Assembly: GCA_000307935.1 (NCBI GenBank)
Contig: AMWX01000001.1
Location: 244,041 to 308,040 of the forward strand
DNA length: 64,000 nucleotides
Reading direction: 5' to 3'
DNA from: SAR86 cluster bacterium SAR86E
GTDB taxonomy: Bacteria; Pseudomonadota; Gammaproteobacteria; Magnimaribacterales; D2472
Shown: positions 1 to 9,404 of the stretch, piece by piece
Position numbering within the stretch: position 1 is the stretch's first letter
How the letters are laid out: each line of letters begins with the position of its first letter
Notes under the pieces: model-generated
The model's database searches: none
What the model was told of the DNA's origin: nothing
What the model saw: the letters and a program-made list of their open reading frames with translations, nothing else
Position numbers and translations under genes: made by a program

Positions 1-2
1 TA

Positions 3-1409
3 AGTGGCAATCATCTTAATGCTGTGGAATTTATGACTGATACTCATCCAATTAGAAATTATAGGGAAGCTACAGATTACATTAAAAGAGTAAAAAAATT
101 TAATAGGGCCGCAAAAGAAGATCTTATCTGGCTAAATGAGCAGAAACAATTAGATATTTTTGCCCCCAAATTTGTTTTTGATCACGTTATTAGACAGCTG
201 GAAGAATTAATATCTTATCAAGATTCTGAAAATCCGTTAATGCAAGTCTTTAATAGAAAGTTAAATAAATTAGATATTTCAATCAAGCAAAAGGAAAGCT
301 TGATTACTAAATTAAGCAAAACAATTGAACATGATGTTAAGCCAGGATATCAACTCATTCTGGAATATATGAAAGCAAATTATAAAAATGCAAATGAATA
401 CCATGGCGTATGGTCACTTCCAAATGGAGAAGCATTCTACGCATCTCAATTAAAAGCTTATACAACAACTGATTTTACCGCTGAAGAAATTCATCAAATT
501 GGCCTTTCAGAAGTTGAAAGAATCGGCAAAAGAATGGGAGAGATATTTACAGCTCTTGGATATGAAGTTAATAAACCTATTGGCCAAATGATGAATGATT
601 TAAATGAAAATTCAGATTTTTTGTATGCAGATACACCGGATAGAAAAACAATTGTTATTGCAGATTATAATCAAATGGTTAAAGAGGCTGAAGAAGATGT
701 CAAACCATATTTTGAAAGATTTCCAATAAGCCCAGTTGAGGTAAGAGCCGTACCAGAATATTCTGAAAAGACTGCTGCAGGTGGCTATTATCAAGCTCCT
801 AGCTTGGATGGATCTCGTCCAGGTGTTTTTTATGCAAATTTATATGATATTAAGCAGACGCCAACATTTGGCATGAGAACACTTACATTTCATGAAGCTG
901 TTCCGGGGCATCATTTTCAAATAGCTCTTAACCTTGAGAATGATGATCTAACCCTATATAGAAAAATGGGCTACAGAACTTCAGCCTTTACCGAAGGTTG
1001 GGCATTGTATTCAGAACAATTAGCCGTTGAGGCAGGTATGACAAAAAATTTATATGACGAACTGGGTGTTCTTCAGAGTGAGATGTTTAGAGCCAATAGA
1101 TTAGTGGTTGATACTGGTATGCATCATAAAAAATGGACCAGAGAAAAAGCCATGGAGTATATGAAAGAAACTACAGGCATGTCTGATACTGAAGTAAGAG
1201 TTGAAATTGAGAGATATATAGTGTGGCCTGGTCAAGCAACGAGCTATAAAATTGGAATGTTAAAAATATTAGAATTAAGAGAAAAAGCAAAAGATGCTCT
1301 CAATGAAAAGTTCGATATTAAAAAATTTCACACTATAGTCTTAGACCAAGGTATAGTCCCTCTTTTTGTTTTAGAGGATGTGATTAATAATTGGATTGAT
1401 TCACACTAA
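3..1409 (+). CDS. DUF885 family protein (metallopeptidase-like), N-terminus probably cut by the window edge
   Basis: The frame is open from position 3 with no upstream stop; the GTG at 24 is only the first possible start. It carries the HEAVPGHH motif and an overall pattern typical of DUF885, as I remember the family. Confidence 0.7.
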   Translation, partial: SGNHLNAVEFMTDTHPIRNYREATDYIKRVKKFNRAAKEDLIWLNEQKQLDIFAPKFVFDHVIRQLEELISYQDSENPLMQVFNRKLNKLDISIKQKESLITKLSKTIEHDVKPGYQLILEYMKANYKNANEYHGVWSLPNGEAFYASQLKAYTTTDFTAEEIHQIGLSEVERIGKRMGEIFTALGYEVNKPIGQMMNDLNENSDFLYADTPDRKTIVIADYNQMVKEAEEDVKPYFERFPISPVEVRAVPEYSEKTAAGGYYQAPSLDGSRPGVFYANLYDIKQTPTFGMRTLTFHEAVPGHHFQIALNLENDDLTLYRKMGYRTSAFTEGWALYSEQLAVEAGMTKNLYDELGVLQSEMFRANRLVVDTGMHHKKWTREKAMEYMKETTGMSDTEVRVEIERYIVWPGQATSYKIGMLKILELREKAKDALNEKFDIKKFHTIVLDQGIVPLFVLEDVINNWIDSH

Positions 1410-1981
1410 TATTTCTTAACAAGAATTGGCCTTAAAAAAGTTGCCAAACCAATAAATACAATGGCAGTTCCAAGAATATCACCAACAATGAATCTTATGA
1501 CCTGAATAATGCTAGCGTCTATTGCTGAAAAGAAGTTAATATTCATTGTTGATAAATAAAAATTAACAAAAAGGCCATTAAAAACAGCTGACAAGATTGT
1601 AATTAACGCAATGTGCTTATAATTTCTTTTATTTAAAGGACTGGTATTGGTATTACCTAATTTGAGGTCTAGAGTATTTAATAAACCCAAAGCCAACGAA
1701 ACAGAGATAACACTCATCAGGGATGGAAATAAAACATTAAAGTTATACACTTCTGGTGCGATAAACATTGGGCCCCAAATTTCAGCAAGATACAACCCAG
1801 GAATCGCCCTCCATCCAAAGTAAACAATGCAAAGAACTCTTGCAGCATGAGGAAAATAAATTAAGCTTGCAAGCCAATTAGGCAATAAAGATGTTTGTAC
1901 GCTAAAAAATGACCAAATAATCCACAAGGTTGAGGAGAATAGAAATGCTGTACTAGAAACAATGAAAAAATGCTTCATCAA
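1406..1981 (-). CDS. Multi-pass membrane protein, paralog 2 of a tandem pair (unknown family)
   Basis: 191 aa, hydrophobic throughout (about 6 TM segments). It shares long identical strings with the adjacent ORF: PHAARVLCIVYFG, AIPGLYLAE, SPLNKRNYKHIALITI. The ATG at 1978 shares one base with the upstream stop (TGATG). Confidence 0.75.
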   Translation of the reverse strand: MMKHFFIVSSTAFLFSSTLWIIWSFFSVQTSLLPNWLASLIYFPHAARVLCIVYFGWRAIPGLYLAEIWGPMFIAPEVYNFNVLFPSLMSVISVSLALGLLNTLDLKLGNTNTSPLNKRNYKHIALITILSAVFNGLFVNFYLSTMNINFFSAIDASIIQVIRFIVGDILGTAIVFIGLATFLRPILVKKY

Positions 1982-2556
1982 GAAGGGTTAATTTTATTAT
2001 TTCGAACAAACAAAGGTTTAAGTATTACTGCCAAAACAATAAATACAAGTGTGGTTCCAATAATATCTCCCATAAAAAAAGTTAACACATCGTTAAGATT
2101 TTGCGATGTTGTTATGGATGAGCCCTCAACATACAAATTCACTAAGAAGGAATTAAATACAGCAGAGATTATAGTAATGAGAGCTATATGCTTATAGTTT
2201 CTTTTATTAAGCGGGCTCTCGATGTTTCTACCCAATTTAAAGCCTAAAAGAGCCAATGTTTCTAGTGCCAAAGGTACAGATAAAACACTTATTAAAGGAG
2301 TGAGCAATGGCTCAATACCATATGCACCTGGGATAACATATAGGGGACCCCAAAGCTCAGCTAAATAGAGACCTGGAATTGCTTTATAACCAAAGTAAAC
2401 GATGCACAAAACTCTTGCAGCATGAGGCAGATAAAATAAGCTAGGAAATAAATCAGATAAGGAATTAGCATCAAAATTTAAAAAGAAAAACCAAATGATC
2501 CACAGGGTAACGGACAATACAAAGGATGAAAAAGTGACGGTCAGGAAATCTTTCAA
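1978..2556 (-). CDS. Multi-pass membrane protein, paralog 1 of a tandem pair (unknown family)
   Basis: 192 aa, same architecture as 1406-1981 and roughly half identical to it by eye. It lies 11 nt downstream of the small wHTH gene. Confidence 0.75.
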   Translation of the reverse strand: MKDFLTVTFSSFVLSVTLWIIWFFFLNFDANSLSDLFPSLFYLPHAARVLCIVYFGYKAIPGLYLAELWGPLYVIPGAYGIEPLLTPLISVLSVPLALETLALLGFKLGRNIESPLNKRNYKHIALITIISAVFNSFLVNLYVEGSSITTSQNLNDVLTFFMGDIIGTTLVFIVLAVILKPLFVRNNKINPS

Positions 2557-2567
2557 TGTATAGGAAA

Positions 2568-2864
2568 TTAAGAAAGACTATTTAAAATGACTAATGATTC
2601 ACGCTTATCAGTTGGAGATTGCTCAAGGTCAATAATGCCTTCTCCTGAGAGTTTTTTAAGAGTTTTGTATACAGTTGACCTAGACATGCCTGAGTTTTCA
2701 ACAATATCTGTGATATTTACGGAACGATCATGTTCGTGGGACTGAGTAATAATTGTATGGAATACTTTAAGTTCATTCGGTGTGAAATGCTTCAGGTTCA
2801 AGTCTTGCTCTAAGCCATAGAGCATTGATAAGGCATCATAAATATTTCTATAAAACTTACTCAT
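2568..2864 (-). CDS. Small winged-helix DNA-binding protein (MarR/ArsR-like)
   Basis: 98 aa. The segment ITDIVENSGMSRSTVYKTLKKLSGEGIIDLEQSPTDKRE reads as HTH plus wing. It is the first gene of the three-gene minus-strand unit. Confidence 0.6.
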   Translation of the reverse strand: MSKFYRNIYDALSMLYGLEQDLNLKHFTPNELKVFHTIITQSHEHDRSVNITDIVENSGMSRSTVYKTLKKLSGEGIIDLEQSPTDKRESLVILNSLS

Positions 2865-2925
2865 AACTACAAATTGATTTATTTAATTTATTCTGTCATA
2901 AATATTTGTAAATAGCATCCTAAAT

Positions 2926-3015
2926 TGGCGGAGAGACGGGGATTCGAACCCCGGAACCAGTTGCCCAGTTACTACCTTTCCAAGGTAGCGCAATCGACCA
3001 CTCTGCCATCTCTCC
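2926..3015 (-). tRNA. tRNA-Ser (anticodon GGA)
   Basis: Cloverleaf folded by hand on the minus strand. Acceptor GGAGAGA/TCTCTCC plus G plus an encoded CCA. Anticodon stem CTACC/GGTAG with loop TTGGAAA. Long variable arm. T arm GGGGTTCGAATCCCC. Confidence 0.9.
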
Positions 3016-3049
3016 GATTGAATGCTGTAGCATTTTACATTAACTAAAC

Positions 3050-5515
3050 CTAAGAATCTCTCAAAGTGATCATGGGTGAGGCATAAATGCTTTTTCTAAT
3101 TGACATTACGCCTGCGATAAATATGAAACTAACACCAAACAAATAACTCAACCCCAAGATTGATAAATTTGGTGAATAAATTAGATCTAGAAATTGAATA
3201 AAAATTACTGACGACAAAGCTATAGAAAATATAATTGCTGTTGTTGCAGATAATAGTCCCAAAATTAAGAACTCTGATGCTGCTGATTTAAAGATTAGCG
3301 CTCTACTAGCTCCGATGGCATGCATAATTGCTGCCTCTTTTGTTCGCTGATCTCTATTTGAATATATAGAAGCGACCAATGCTAAAATTCCTGCAATAAA
3401 TGTAAGAAAAAAAATATATTGCACAGCCAGTGAAGCGCTTGCTAAGGAGCTTTTACCTTGTTCAATAATTGCCTCTAAATCAACACTGGTAATTGTAGGA
3501 AAACGATTAGTGAAGTTGTTCATAAAGTTTTGAGAGTTTTCTAGCTTTATGCTCGTAATGTATGAATTAGGGAGCTCTCTACCTGCAGCTGGAGAAAGGA
3601 TAAAAAAGAAATTTGGAGAAAAGCTTTGCCATTCAATTTCTCTAAAGCTTGCAACAGAAACACTAAATATTTTTCCTCCAGCTGAAAAAGTTAGCTCATC
3701 ACCAATTTCCAGATTCATTGATTCTGCAATCTCTCGATCAATTGAAACTTCTGCAATCTCGTCACCGTTAATCCACCATTCCCCCTCTACCACTGAATTG
3801 CTCGGGGGTAATTGATTAAGCCAAGTTAGATTTGCCTCCCGCTGCATAAGATTATTGAAATTGAAATCTTCTGATCCAGGTCGAGCTGCTGATAAAAGTC
3901 TACCCCGAATTAAAGGAGTAAAATCCGGAACGATGATTCCTTGGTCTTTGAAATAATTAGAAATGGGCTCTAGGTTGTATTGTTGAATATTAAATAAAAA
4001 ATAATTTGGGGTATCTTCATCTAAGGTTTCGCTCCATGAATCCACTAAATCCGTTCTTGTTTCTGCAAGTGCTACAAGAAATAATAATGAAAGCCCAAAT
4101 ATAATTATCTGTAAAATACTATCATTTCCTCGCTGAACTATATTTTTAAGACCTAATTTCCAACCTTTTTGATTAGAAAATTTCATTTTGGAAAGAGCAT
4201 AAATCAACAGCCTGCCTATTAAATATAAAGAGGAAGTAACTAAGATTAAGGAAATAACAATGTATATAATTAGTTTGATGTCTTGAAATAAAGCTCCTAG
4301 AAATCCAAACATTGTAAAAAAAGCAACAAGATAAATCATAAGGTTGCTTGATAGCTTGATTCTAAAGTCATTCCTTAAAATTCTTATAGGCTCAGTTTCA
4401 CTTAAGATCTTTATGTAGGGAGATGCTGTTGCAAATATTACAAATGAAGCTGTAATAAAGCCAAGAATTACTGGTCGAGATGACGAAGGTGGTAAATCAG
4501 TATTAACAATTCCTTGTAAGGTAGAGAGCAAAAGATGCTGCAGCCCATATCCAAAAATCAATCCCAGTGATGAAGCGAAGACAGCAACCAGTGTTAGTTG
4601 CATAACCTGGTGTCCCAAAATAAACGACTTCGAAGCTCCGAAAACTTTCATTAATGAAGTATGCAGAAGATTTCTGCTTGCATATCGTCTTACTGCCATC
4701 ATGGATGCAATAACAGAAATAATAATAGTGAAAAGGCTCGCTAGATTGAAAAAAGTTGTTGAATTAGCTATATCTTCTCCAAGATTATCTCCCACGTCCA
4801 ATGCATTTTGAACTCTTATACTGGCTGGAATGTCTTCTAATATCGCTTCAAAACGATCCAGGTTTTCTTGAGTGCCTGAAAAAAGTTTTCTATAAATAAC
4901 CCTGCTACCGGTTTGAATTACACCCATTGCATCAACATCATCTATATTCACAATTACGATTGGATAAAACCCAACAAAGCTAGAGTTTCTATCAGGATAA
5001 TCTTCAATAATGCCTTCAACTATAAAATTTTTATTACCAATAGAAACTTCATCAAGCTGTTTTAACCCAAGGGCTTCAGAAACCTTACTCTCTATCCAGA
5101 TATTGCCAGGCTCAGGTGACCCGAGATGCTTTATTATGGCTCCCTTAAAATCAACAATCTTCAATTCACCTCTTAATGGATATGATTCAGTAACAGCTTT
5201 AATGGATGCAAGCAGAGTATCATCCTCTGTTATTATCATGCTCAAAAATGTAGACATCTCGGCAGAATCAAGGTCATTTGCAGCAGCTAAGTCCAAATAT
5301 TTAGAATCTATTTTAGATGCTGATCGTAATACAAGATCTGCTCCTAAAATGCTTGAAGCCTGCATTTGCATCGATGACTGAAGCCTATCTCCTAAAAATC
5401 CAACACTTGAGATCGATGTGACAGCTAAAACAATTGATAAAAATAATATTAACAAATCACCACTAAAAACTTCAGACCAAAATCTCTTTAAGCCATACAA
5501 AAGGCCTCTAATCAC
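3050..5515 (-). CDS. ybbP: FtsX-family ABC transporter permease, YbbP-like (two permease modules)
   Basis: 821 aa with two blocks of TM helices separated by large soluble loops. It overlaps the upstream ABC ATPase by 4 nt. The synteny tesA<>ybbA-ybbP matches E. coli. Confidence 0.8.
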   Translation of the reverse strand: MIRGLLYGLKRFWSEVFSGDLLILFLSIVLAVTSISSVGFLGDRLQSSMQMQASSILGADLVLRSASKIDSKYLDLAAANDLDSAEMSTFLSMIITEDDTLLASIKAVTESYPLRGELKIVDFKGAIIKHLGSPEPGNIWIESKVSEALGLKQLDEVSIGNKNFIVEGIIEDYPDRNSSFVGFYPIVIVNIDDVDAMGVIQTGSRVIYRKLFSGTQENLDRFEAILEDIPASIRVQNALDVGDNLGEDIANSTTFFNLASLFTIIISVIASMMAVRRYASRNLLHTSLMKVFGASKSFILGHQVMQLTLVAVFASSLGLIFGYGLQHLLLSTLQGIVNTDLPPSSSRPVILGFITASFVIFATASPYIKILSETEPIRILRNDFRIKLSSNLMIYLVAFFTMFGFLGALFQDIKLIIYIVISLILVTSSLYLIGRLLIYALSKMKFSNQKGWKLGLKNIVQRGNDSILQIIIFGLSLLFLVALAETRTDLVDSWSETLDEDTPNYFLFNIQQYNLEPISNYFKDQGIIVPDFTPLIRGRLLSAARPGSEDFNFNNLMQREANLTWLNQLPPSNSVVEGEWWINGDEIAEVSIDREIAESMNLEIGDELTFSAGGKIFSVSVASFREIEWQSFSPNFFFILSPAAGRELPNSYITSIKLENSQNFMNNFTNRFPTITSVDLEAIIEQGKSSLASASLAVQYIFFLTFIAGILALVASIYSNRDQRTKEAAIMHAIGASRALIFKSAASEFLILGLLSATTAIIFSIALSSVIFIQFLDLIYSPNLSILGLSYLFGVSFIFIAGVMSIRKSIYASPMITLRDS

Positions 5516-6180
5516 AATAATTGCCCTTCTGAGAGTTCATAAACTTCATCACATTTCTCTGCTAAAGATAAATCATGAGTTACTAGAACTAAGGTTGTTT
5601 GAATAAGTTCATTGAGTGAAAATATAAGATCGGTAATAGAGCCTGAGCTCTTTTTATCTAGGTTCCCTGTTGGTTCATCTGCAAATAATATTTTTGGCTT
5701 ATTAACAATAGATCTTGCTATAGCAACTCTCTGCTTTTCACCGCCACTGAGTTGAGACGCAAAATGCTTAGCTCTTTTTGAGAGTCCAACTTGATTTAGA
5801 GCTTCGTATGCTTTATCGGCTGAATTTGGATCTCCGGATATTTCAAGCGGTAACATAACATTATCAAGAGCTGTCAATCTTGGCATTAAATGAAAAGATT
5901 GAAATACAAAGCCAACATCCTTACCTCTGATTTGAGCTCTCTTGTCCTCATCCAGGCTTGTAATTTGAGATCCAAGCAATCTAACAGTTCCAGCAGTTGG
6001 CAAATCAAGCCCCGCCATTATAGCTAAAAGTGTAGTTTTGCCAGAACCAGATGGCCCAACCAGAGATATTGGTTTGCCTTGTTTAACCGATAAATTTATA
6101 TCCCTAACTATTGTCAAAGTACCCTCAGGACTGTTAACTTCCTTAGTTATGTTCTCAACCTTTAAAATGCAATCTTTCAA
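5512..6180 (-). CDS. ybbA: ABC transporter ATP-binding protein, YbbA/LolD-like
   Basis: Walker A GPSGSGKTT, signature LSGGEKQR, Walker B ILFADEPTG. TTG start at 6180. Confidence 0.85.
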   Translation of the reverse strand: MKDCILKVENITKEVNSPEGTLTIVRDINLSVKQGKPISLVGPSGSGKTTLLAIMAGLDLPTAGTVRLLGSQITSLDEDKRAQIRGKDVGFVFQSFHLMPRLTALDNVMLPLEISGDPNSADKAYEALNQVGLSKRAKHFASQLSGGEKQRVAIARSIVNKPKILFADEPTGNLDKKSSGSITDLIFSLNELIQTTLVLVTHDLSLAEKCDEVYELSEGQLL

Positions 6181-6814
6181 AATATCCTTGTTTATTTTTT
6201 TACTTATTTTACTGGCAGTTCCAACCCCAGTAAATTCATTTGAATTAGGTATTCAAATTGATAATAAGATAGTGATATTGGGTGACAGTCTTAGCGCTGG
6301 ATATGGTGTGAGTATTGATGAATCATGGCCCTCCCTTCTGCAAAAAAGAATGCGTGATGAAAACCATAATATTTCAATAATTAATGCAGGAATAAGCGGA
6401 GACACAACATCAGGTGGATTGTACAGACTTCCTGAATTACTGAATAATCATAATCCAAGCCTGGTTATATTAGAGCTAGGTGGTAATGATGGATTGCGTG
6501 GTATGTCTATTAAAAATGTGATTAAAAAAAATTTAATTTCAATGATTGAGTTAATTCAAAGCAGTAACTCAAACTTAGTTTTAATAGGTGTTGAGCTGCC
6601 CCCTAATTATGGACAAATTTATACAAATCAATTTAAAAAAATGTACTCTGATTTGGCTCAAACATATGATGTGGCTTTGGTAAATGGCTCTCTGGTTAAA
6701 ATGGTTGAGATGAATTTAATGCAGGCAGACGGAATTCATCCCAACCCTGAGGGTCACAAGATGATAGAGCATGAAGTCAGCCAAGTAGTCATTCCAATTA
6801 TTCAATCAAATTAA
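6167..6814 (+). CDS. tesA: SGNH/GDSL arylesterase / acyl-CoA thioesterase I
   Basis: SGNH blocks GDSLSAGYG, GGNDG and DGIHP. A signal-peptide-like segment follows the ATG at 6167. The longer ORF from 6038 would run through ybbA, so the internal ATG (6167, or 6149) is preferred. Confidence 0.85.
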   Translation: MQSFKISLFIFLLILLAVPTPVNSFELGIQIDNKIVILGDSLSAGYGVSIDESWPSLLQKRMRDENHNISIINAGISGDTTSGGLYRLPELLNNHNPSLVILELGGNDGLRGMSIKNVIKKNLISMIELIQSSNSNLVLIGVELPPNYGQIYTNQFKKMYSDLAQTYDVALVNGSLVKMVEMNLMQADGIHPNPEGHKMIEHEVSQVVIPIIQSN

Positions 6815-6816
6815 TA

Positions 6817-7575
6817 ATGATTAAAGCTACAGATTTATTAAAAAAATATCCAGATCCCAGTAACTTAGGTTGCATGTTTAATGCTGTAGATGGAATTAAT
6901 TTAAATATAAGTGAGGGAATTATTTTTGGATTATTAGGACCAAATGGTGCCGGTAAAACAACTACACTCGAAATGTTGGAAGGATTAAATGACATAGATC
7001 ATGGAGAAGTGATTATTGATCAAATGAATATAAAGGATCACCCGTATGAAATAAAAAAAATAATAGGAGTTCAACTGCAATCAAATGAGTATTTTGATCG
7101 ATTAAACCTGAAAGAATTAATTACTTTATTTGGTAGCTTATATTCAAAAACGATTGATGCAGAATTATTGCTTGCAAAAGTTAAATTAGATGACAAAGCG
7201 AATGCATTGCCTGATGACCTTTCTGGGGGGCAAAAACAGAGATTTTCAATTGCATGCGCTTTAGTTAATAACCCAAAAGTATTATTTCTTGATGAACCAA
7301 CAACAGGCTTGGACCCGCAGGCCAAAAGAAATCTTTGGGACCTAGTGATTGATTTAAACAATGAAGGAATGACTATAGTTATAACAACCCATAATATGGA
7401 AGAGGCTCAATATCTTTGTCAGGAAATAGCAATTATGGATAAAGGAAAAATTATTGCTCAAGATTCTCCTGAAAACTTAATTAGTAAATTTGCAAATAAA
7501 TTAACCACCTCTTCCGATTCAGGAACCCTAGAGGATGTCTTTTTAAATTTAACTGGATATGAACTGAGAGATTGA
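6817..7575 (+). CDS. ABC-2 type transporter ATP-binding protein
   Basis: Walker A GPNGAGKTT, signature LSGGQKQR, Walker B LFLDEPTTGLD. Confidence 0.85.
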   Translation: MIKATDLLKKYPDPSNLGCMFNAVDGINLNISEGIIFGLLGPNGAGKTTTLEMLEGLNDIDHGEVIIDQMNIKDHPYEIKKIIGVQLQSNEYFDRLNLKELITLFGSLYSKTIDAELLLAKVKLDDKANALPDDLSGGQKQRFSIACALVNNPKVLFLDEPTTGLDPQAKRNLWDLVIDLNNEGMTIVITTHNMEEAQYLCQEIAIMDKGKIIAQDSPENLISKFANKLTTSSDSGTLEDVFLNLTGYELRD

Positions 7576-7576
7576 T

Positions 7577-8665
7577 ATGTTTTCTAAACCTCAATTACAT
7601 TTAGCTAGTATTTTCCTTAAAATTTTTTTTAGAGACAGACAGTCACTTTTTTTTAGTTTATTGGTACCGTTAATCTTTACAGGCGTTTTTTTATTTTCTG
7701 AAAATGAACCACCAAAAATTAAATTAGGGCTGGTAAATCAGTCATCAAGCGCTCTTGCAAAAGATTTTGTAGAAATGGTAAATAATGAGCCTTTATTCGA
7801 GCTGACAATTGGTACTGAGGACTCATTAAAAATTGAACTTATTGATGGAAATCAAACTGCTATATTGATTGTCCCTCAATCATTTGATTATCTTGCTGAT
7901 GTCGCGAAACTTCGATTAATGTTGGATGCCTCTCAAGTAAGACAGATAGGTGCAATTCAAGATGCTTTAAATACCTCTCTTCTATCAATAGAAAGAGAAA
8001 TAAGAAATATTGAGCCAATGTTCCAACTCTCTCTTGAAGATGTAAAAGCAAGACCTCAAAGATATATTGATTTCTTGCTTCCTGGAATTCTTGCATATAT
8101 GTTAATGAACCTTTGCATTGCTGGAAGCGGTTTTAATATTGTCGAATATAGAAGAAGAGGTATTCTTAAACGCTTATTCGTGACTCCAATTCAACCAAAA
8201 GATTTTATTATTTCTATAGTCTTGGCTAGAATGCTGATAGTTCTAATTCAGATTTCTGTAATACTAGCTCTGGCAATTAACTTGTTAAACATACAAGTTA
8301 TGGGTGGGCTACCATCGCTTTATGGAATGGTGATTCTGGGAACTTTCATTTTTCTTTGTATTGGTTTTTTTCTTGGTAGTTTAGCCAAAACACAAGAATC
8401 TATAAGACCAATAGTTGCGTTGGTTACCTTCCCACAATTGATTCTATCAGGAATATTTTTTCCAATTACATCATTGCCTACGATTATTCAACCTATCGCT
8501 AACACTCTTCCATTGAGTGTTTTGGCATCAGGACTAAGAGATATCGCCAATGATGGAATTTCATTGTTTACGATAAACGGAACATTAATTGGGGTGCTTT
8601 TGTGGATATTTATAAGCTTCTTGCTAGCAACTCAATTTTTTAAATGGAAGAAAGTAGCATCATAA
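7577..8665 (+). CDS. ABC-2 type transporter permease
   Basis: 362 aa: one N-terminal TM, a soluble loop, then about 5 TM helices. It starts 1 nt after the ATPase gene. Confidence 0.75.
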   Translation: MFSKPQLHLASIFLKIFFRDRQSLFFSLLVPLIFTGVFLFSENEPPKIKLGLVNQSSSALAKDFVEMVNNEPLFELTIGTEDSLKIELIDGNQTAILIVPQSFDYLADVAKLRLMLDASQVRQIGAIQDALNTSLLSIEREIRNIEPMFQLSLEDVKARPQRYIDFLLPGILAYMLMNLCIAGSGFNIVEYRRRGILKRLFVTPIQPKDFIISIVLARMLIVLIQISVILALAINLLNIQVMGGLPSLYGMVILGTFIFLCIGFFLGSLAKTQESIRPIVALVTFPQLILSGIFFPITSLPTIIQPIANTLPLSVLASGLRDIANDGISLFTINGTLIGVLLWIFISFLLATQFFKWKKVAS

Positions 8666-8675
8666 ACTTTTAAGT

Positions 8676-9404
8676 TTATTGATTGAAATCTCTAAAATTT
8701 TTAAAAATTAATCTTTTAGCAGTGCTTCGGATAGGGTTTATATCAATTCCTCCTCTTCTTAAAAATCTACCAAACACAGTAAGATTTGTAATAGAGAATT
8801 CACTTAACAAATATACAAAAATTGATTCAATGCATGTTTCATGAAAGTCACCTCTTAATCTAAAAGATTTTAGATAGCTATTAAGTTTACTTGCATCAAT
8901 TGCATCCGTGGTTGAATGGAAATATATACTTGCCCAATCAGGCTGGGAGGTTACTGGGCAAACAGATCTGAAACCCTCAAATTTCATCACTTTGTTTTTA
9001 GAAATCAAATTTTTTGATGTGTTAAGCAAGATTGATTTTGGTGGAATTAAAAATTTGATTTTCTTTTGTACCTTAACCGGTGATTGAATCAAATTTTGTA
9101 TATCTCTTGCAATCAATTTATAGGGTGATTGAGGAGAGTAAAATTTTTTATTAAAAAATGAAGCAAGGTATAACTTCAAAGATTTTGATTCAACTGTGTA
9201 ACAAGAATTAGAGGGTATTTTTAATTCAATGGTTTCAAAAACCGATTGATTTCTTGAATTTAGATATGCAAATTCATATGCATTCCAATAATCTATACCA
9301 TTATAAAGAGAACGATCACCACCCACCCTTTCTACACGATCTAAGTAATTGGGATTATAAAGCGTTAAATCTGGAAAATTATTGTTGCCAAGGTGTTTAA
9401 CCAT
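8676..9404 (-). CDS. queF: NADPH-dependent 7-cyano-7-deazaguanine (preQ0) reductase, two-domain type
   Basis: QueF motif ESKSLKLYLASF. The strings CPVTSQPDWASIYF, HETCIESIF and RRGGIDINP align with my memory of E. coli QueF. Confidence 0.85.
   Translation of the reverse strand: MVKHLGNNNFPDLTLYNPNYLDRVERVGGDRSLYNGIDYWNAYEFAYLNSRNQSVFETIELKIPSNSCYTVESKSLKLYLASFFNKKFYSPQSPYKLIARDIQNLIQSPVKVQKKIKFLIPPKSILLNTSKNLISKNKVMKFEGFRSVCPVTSQPDWASIYFHSTTDAIDASKLNSYLKSFRLRGDFHETCIESIFVYLLSEFSITNLTVFGRFLRRGGIDINPIRSTAKRLIFKNFRDFNQ

Noticed and set aside
2865-3049. Idea that tRNA-Ser (and tRNA-Gly at 21436-21510) mark integrated genomic islands
   Set aside because: No integrase, excisionase or transposase is present. 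I found no direct repeat of the tRNA 3' end in the neighbouring kilobases. The flanking composition looks like the rest of the window.
3549-5381. Plus-strand ORFs (3549-3815, 5010-5381) antisense to the YbbP-like permease
   Set aside because: These are shadow ORFs opposite a long, well-supported gene, with no start context or motif.
6038-6166. N-terminal extension of the tesA ORF in the ORF track
   Set aside because: It would overlap ybbA by more than 140 nt and precede the obvious signal peptide. An internal ATG at 6167 or 6149 fits better.
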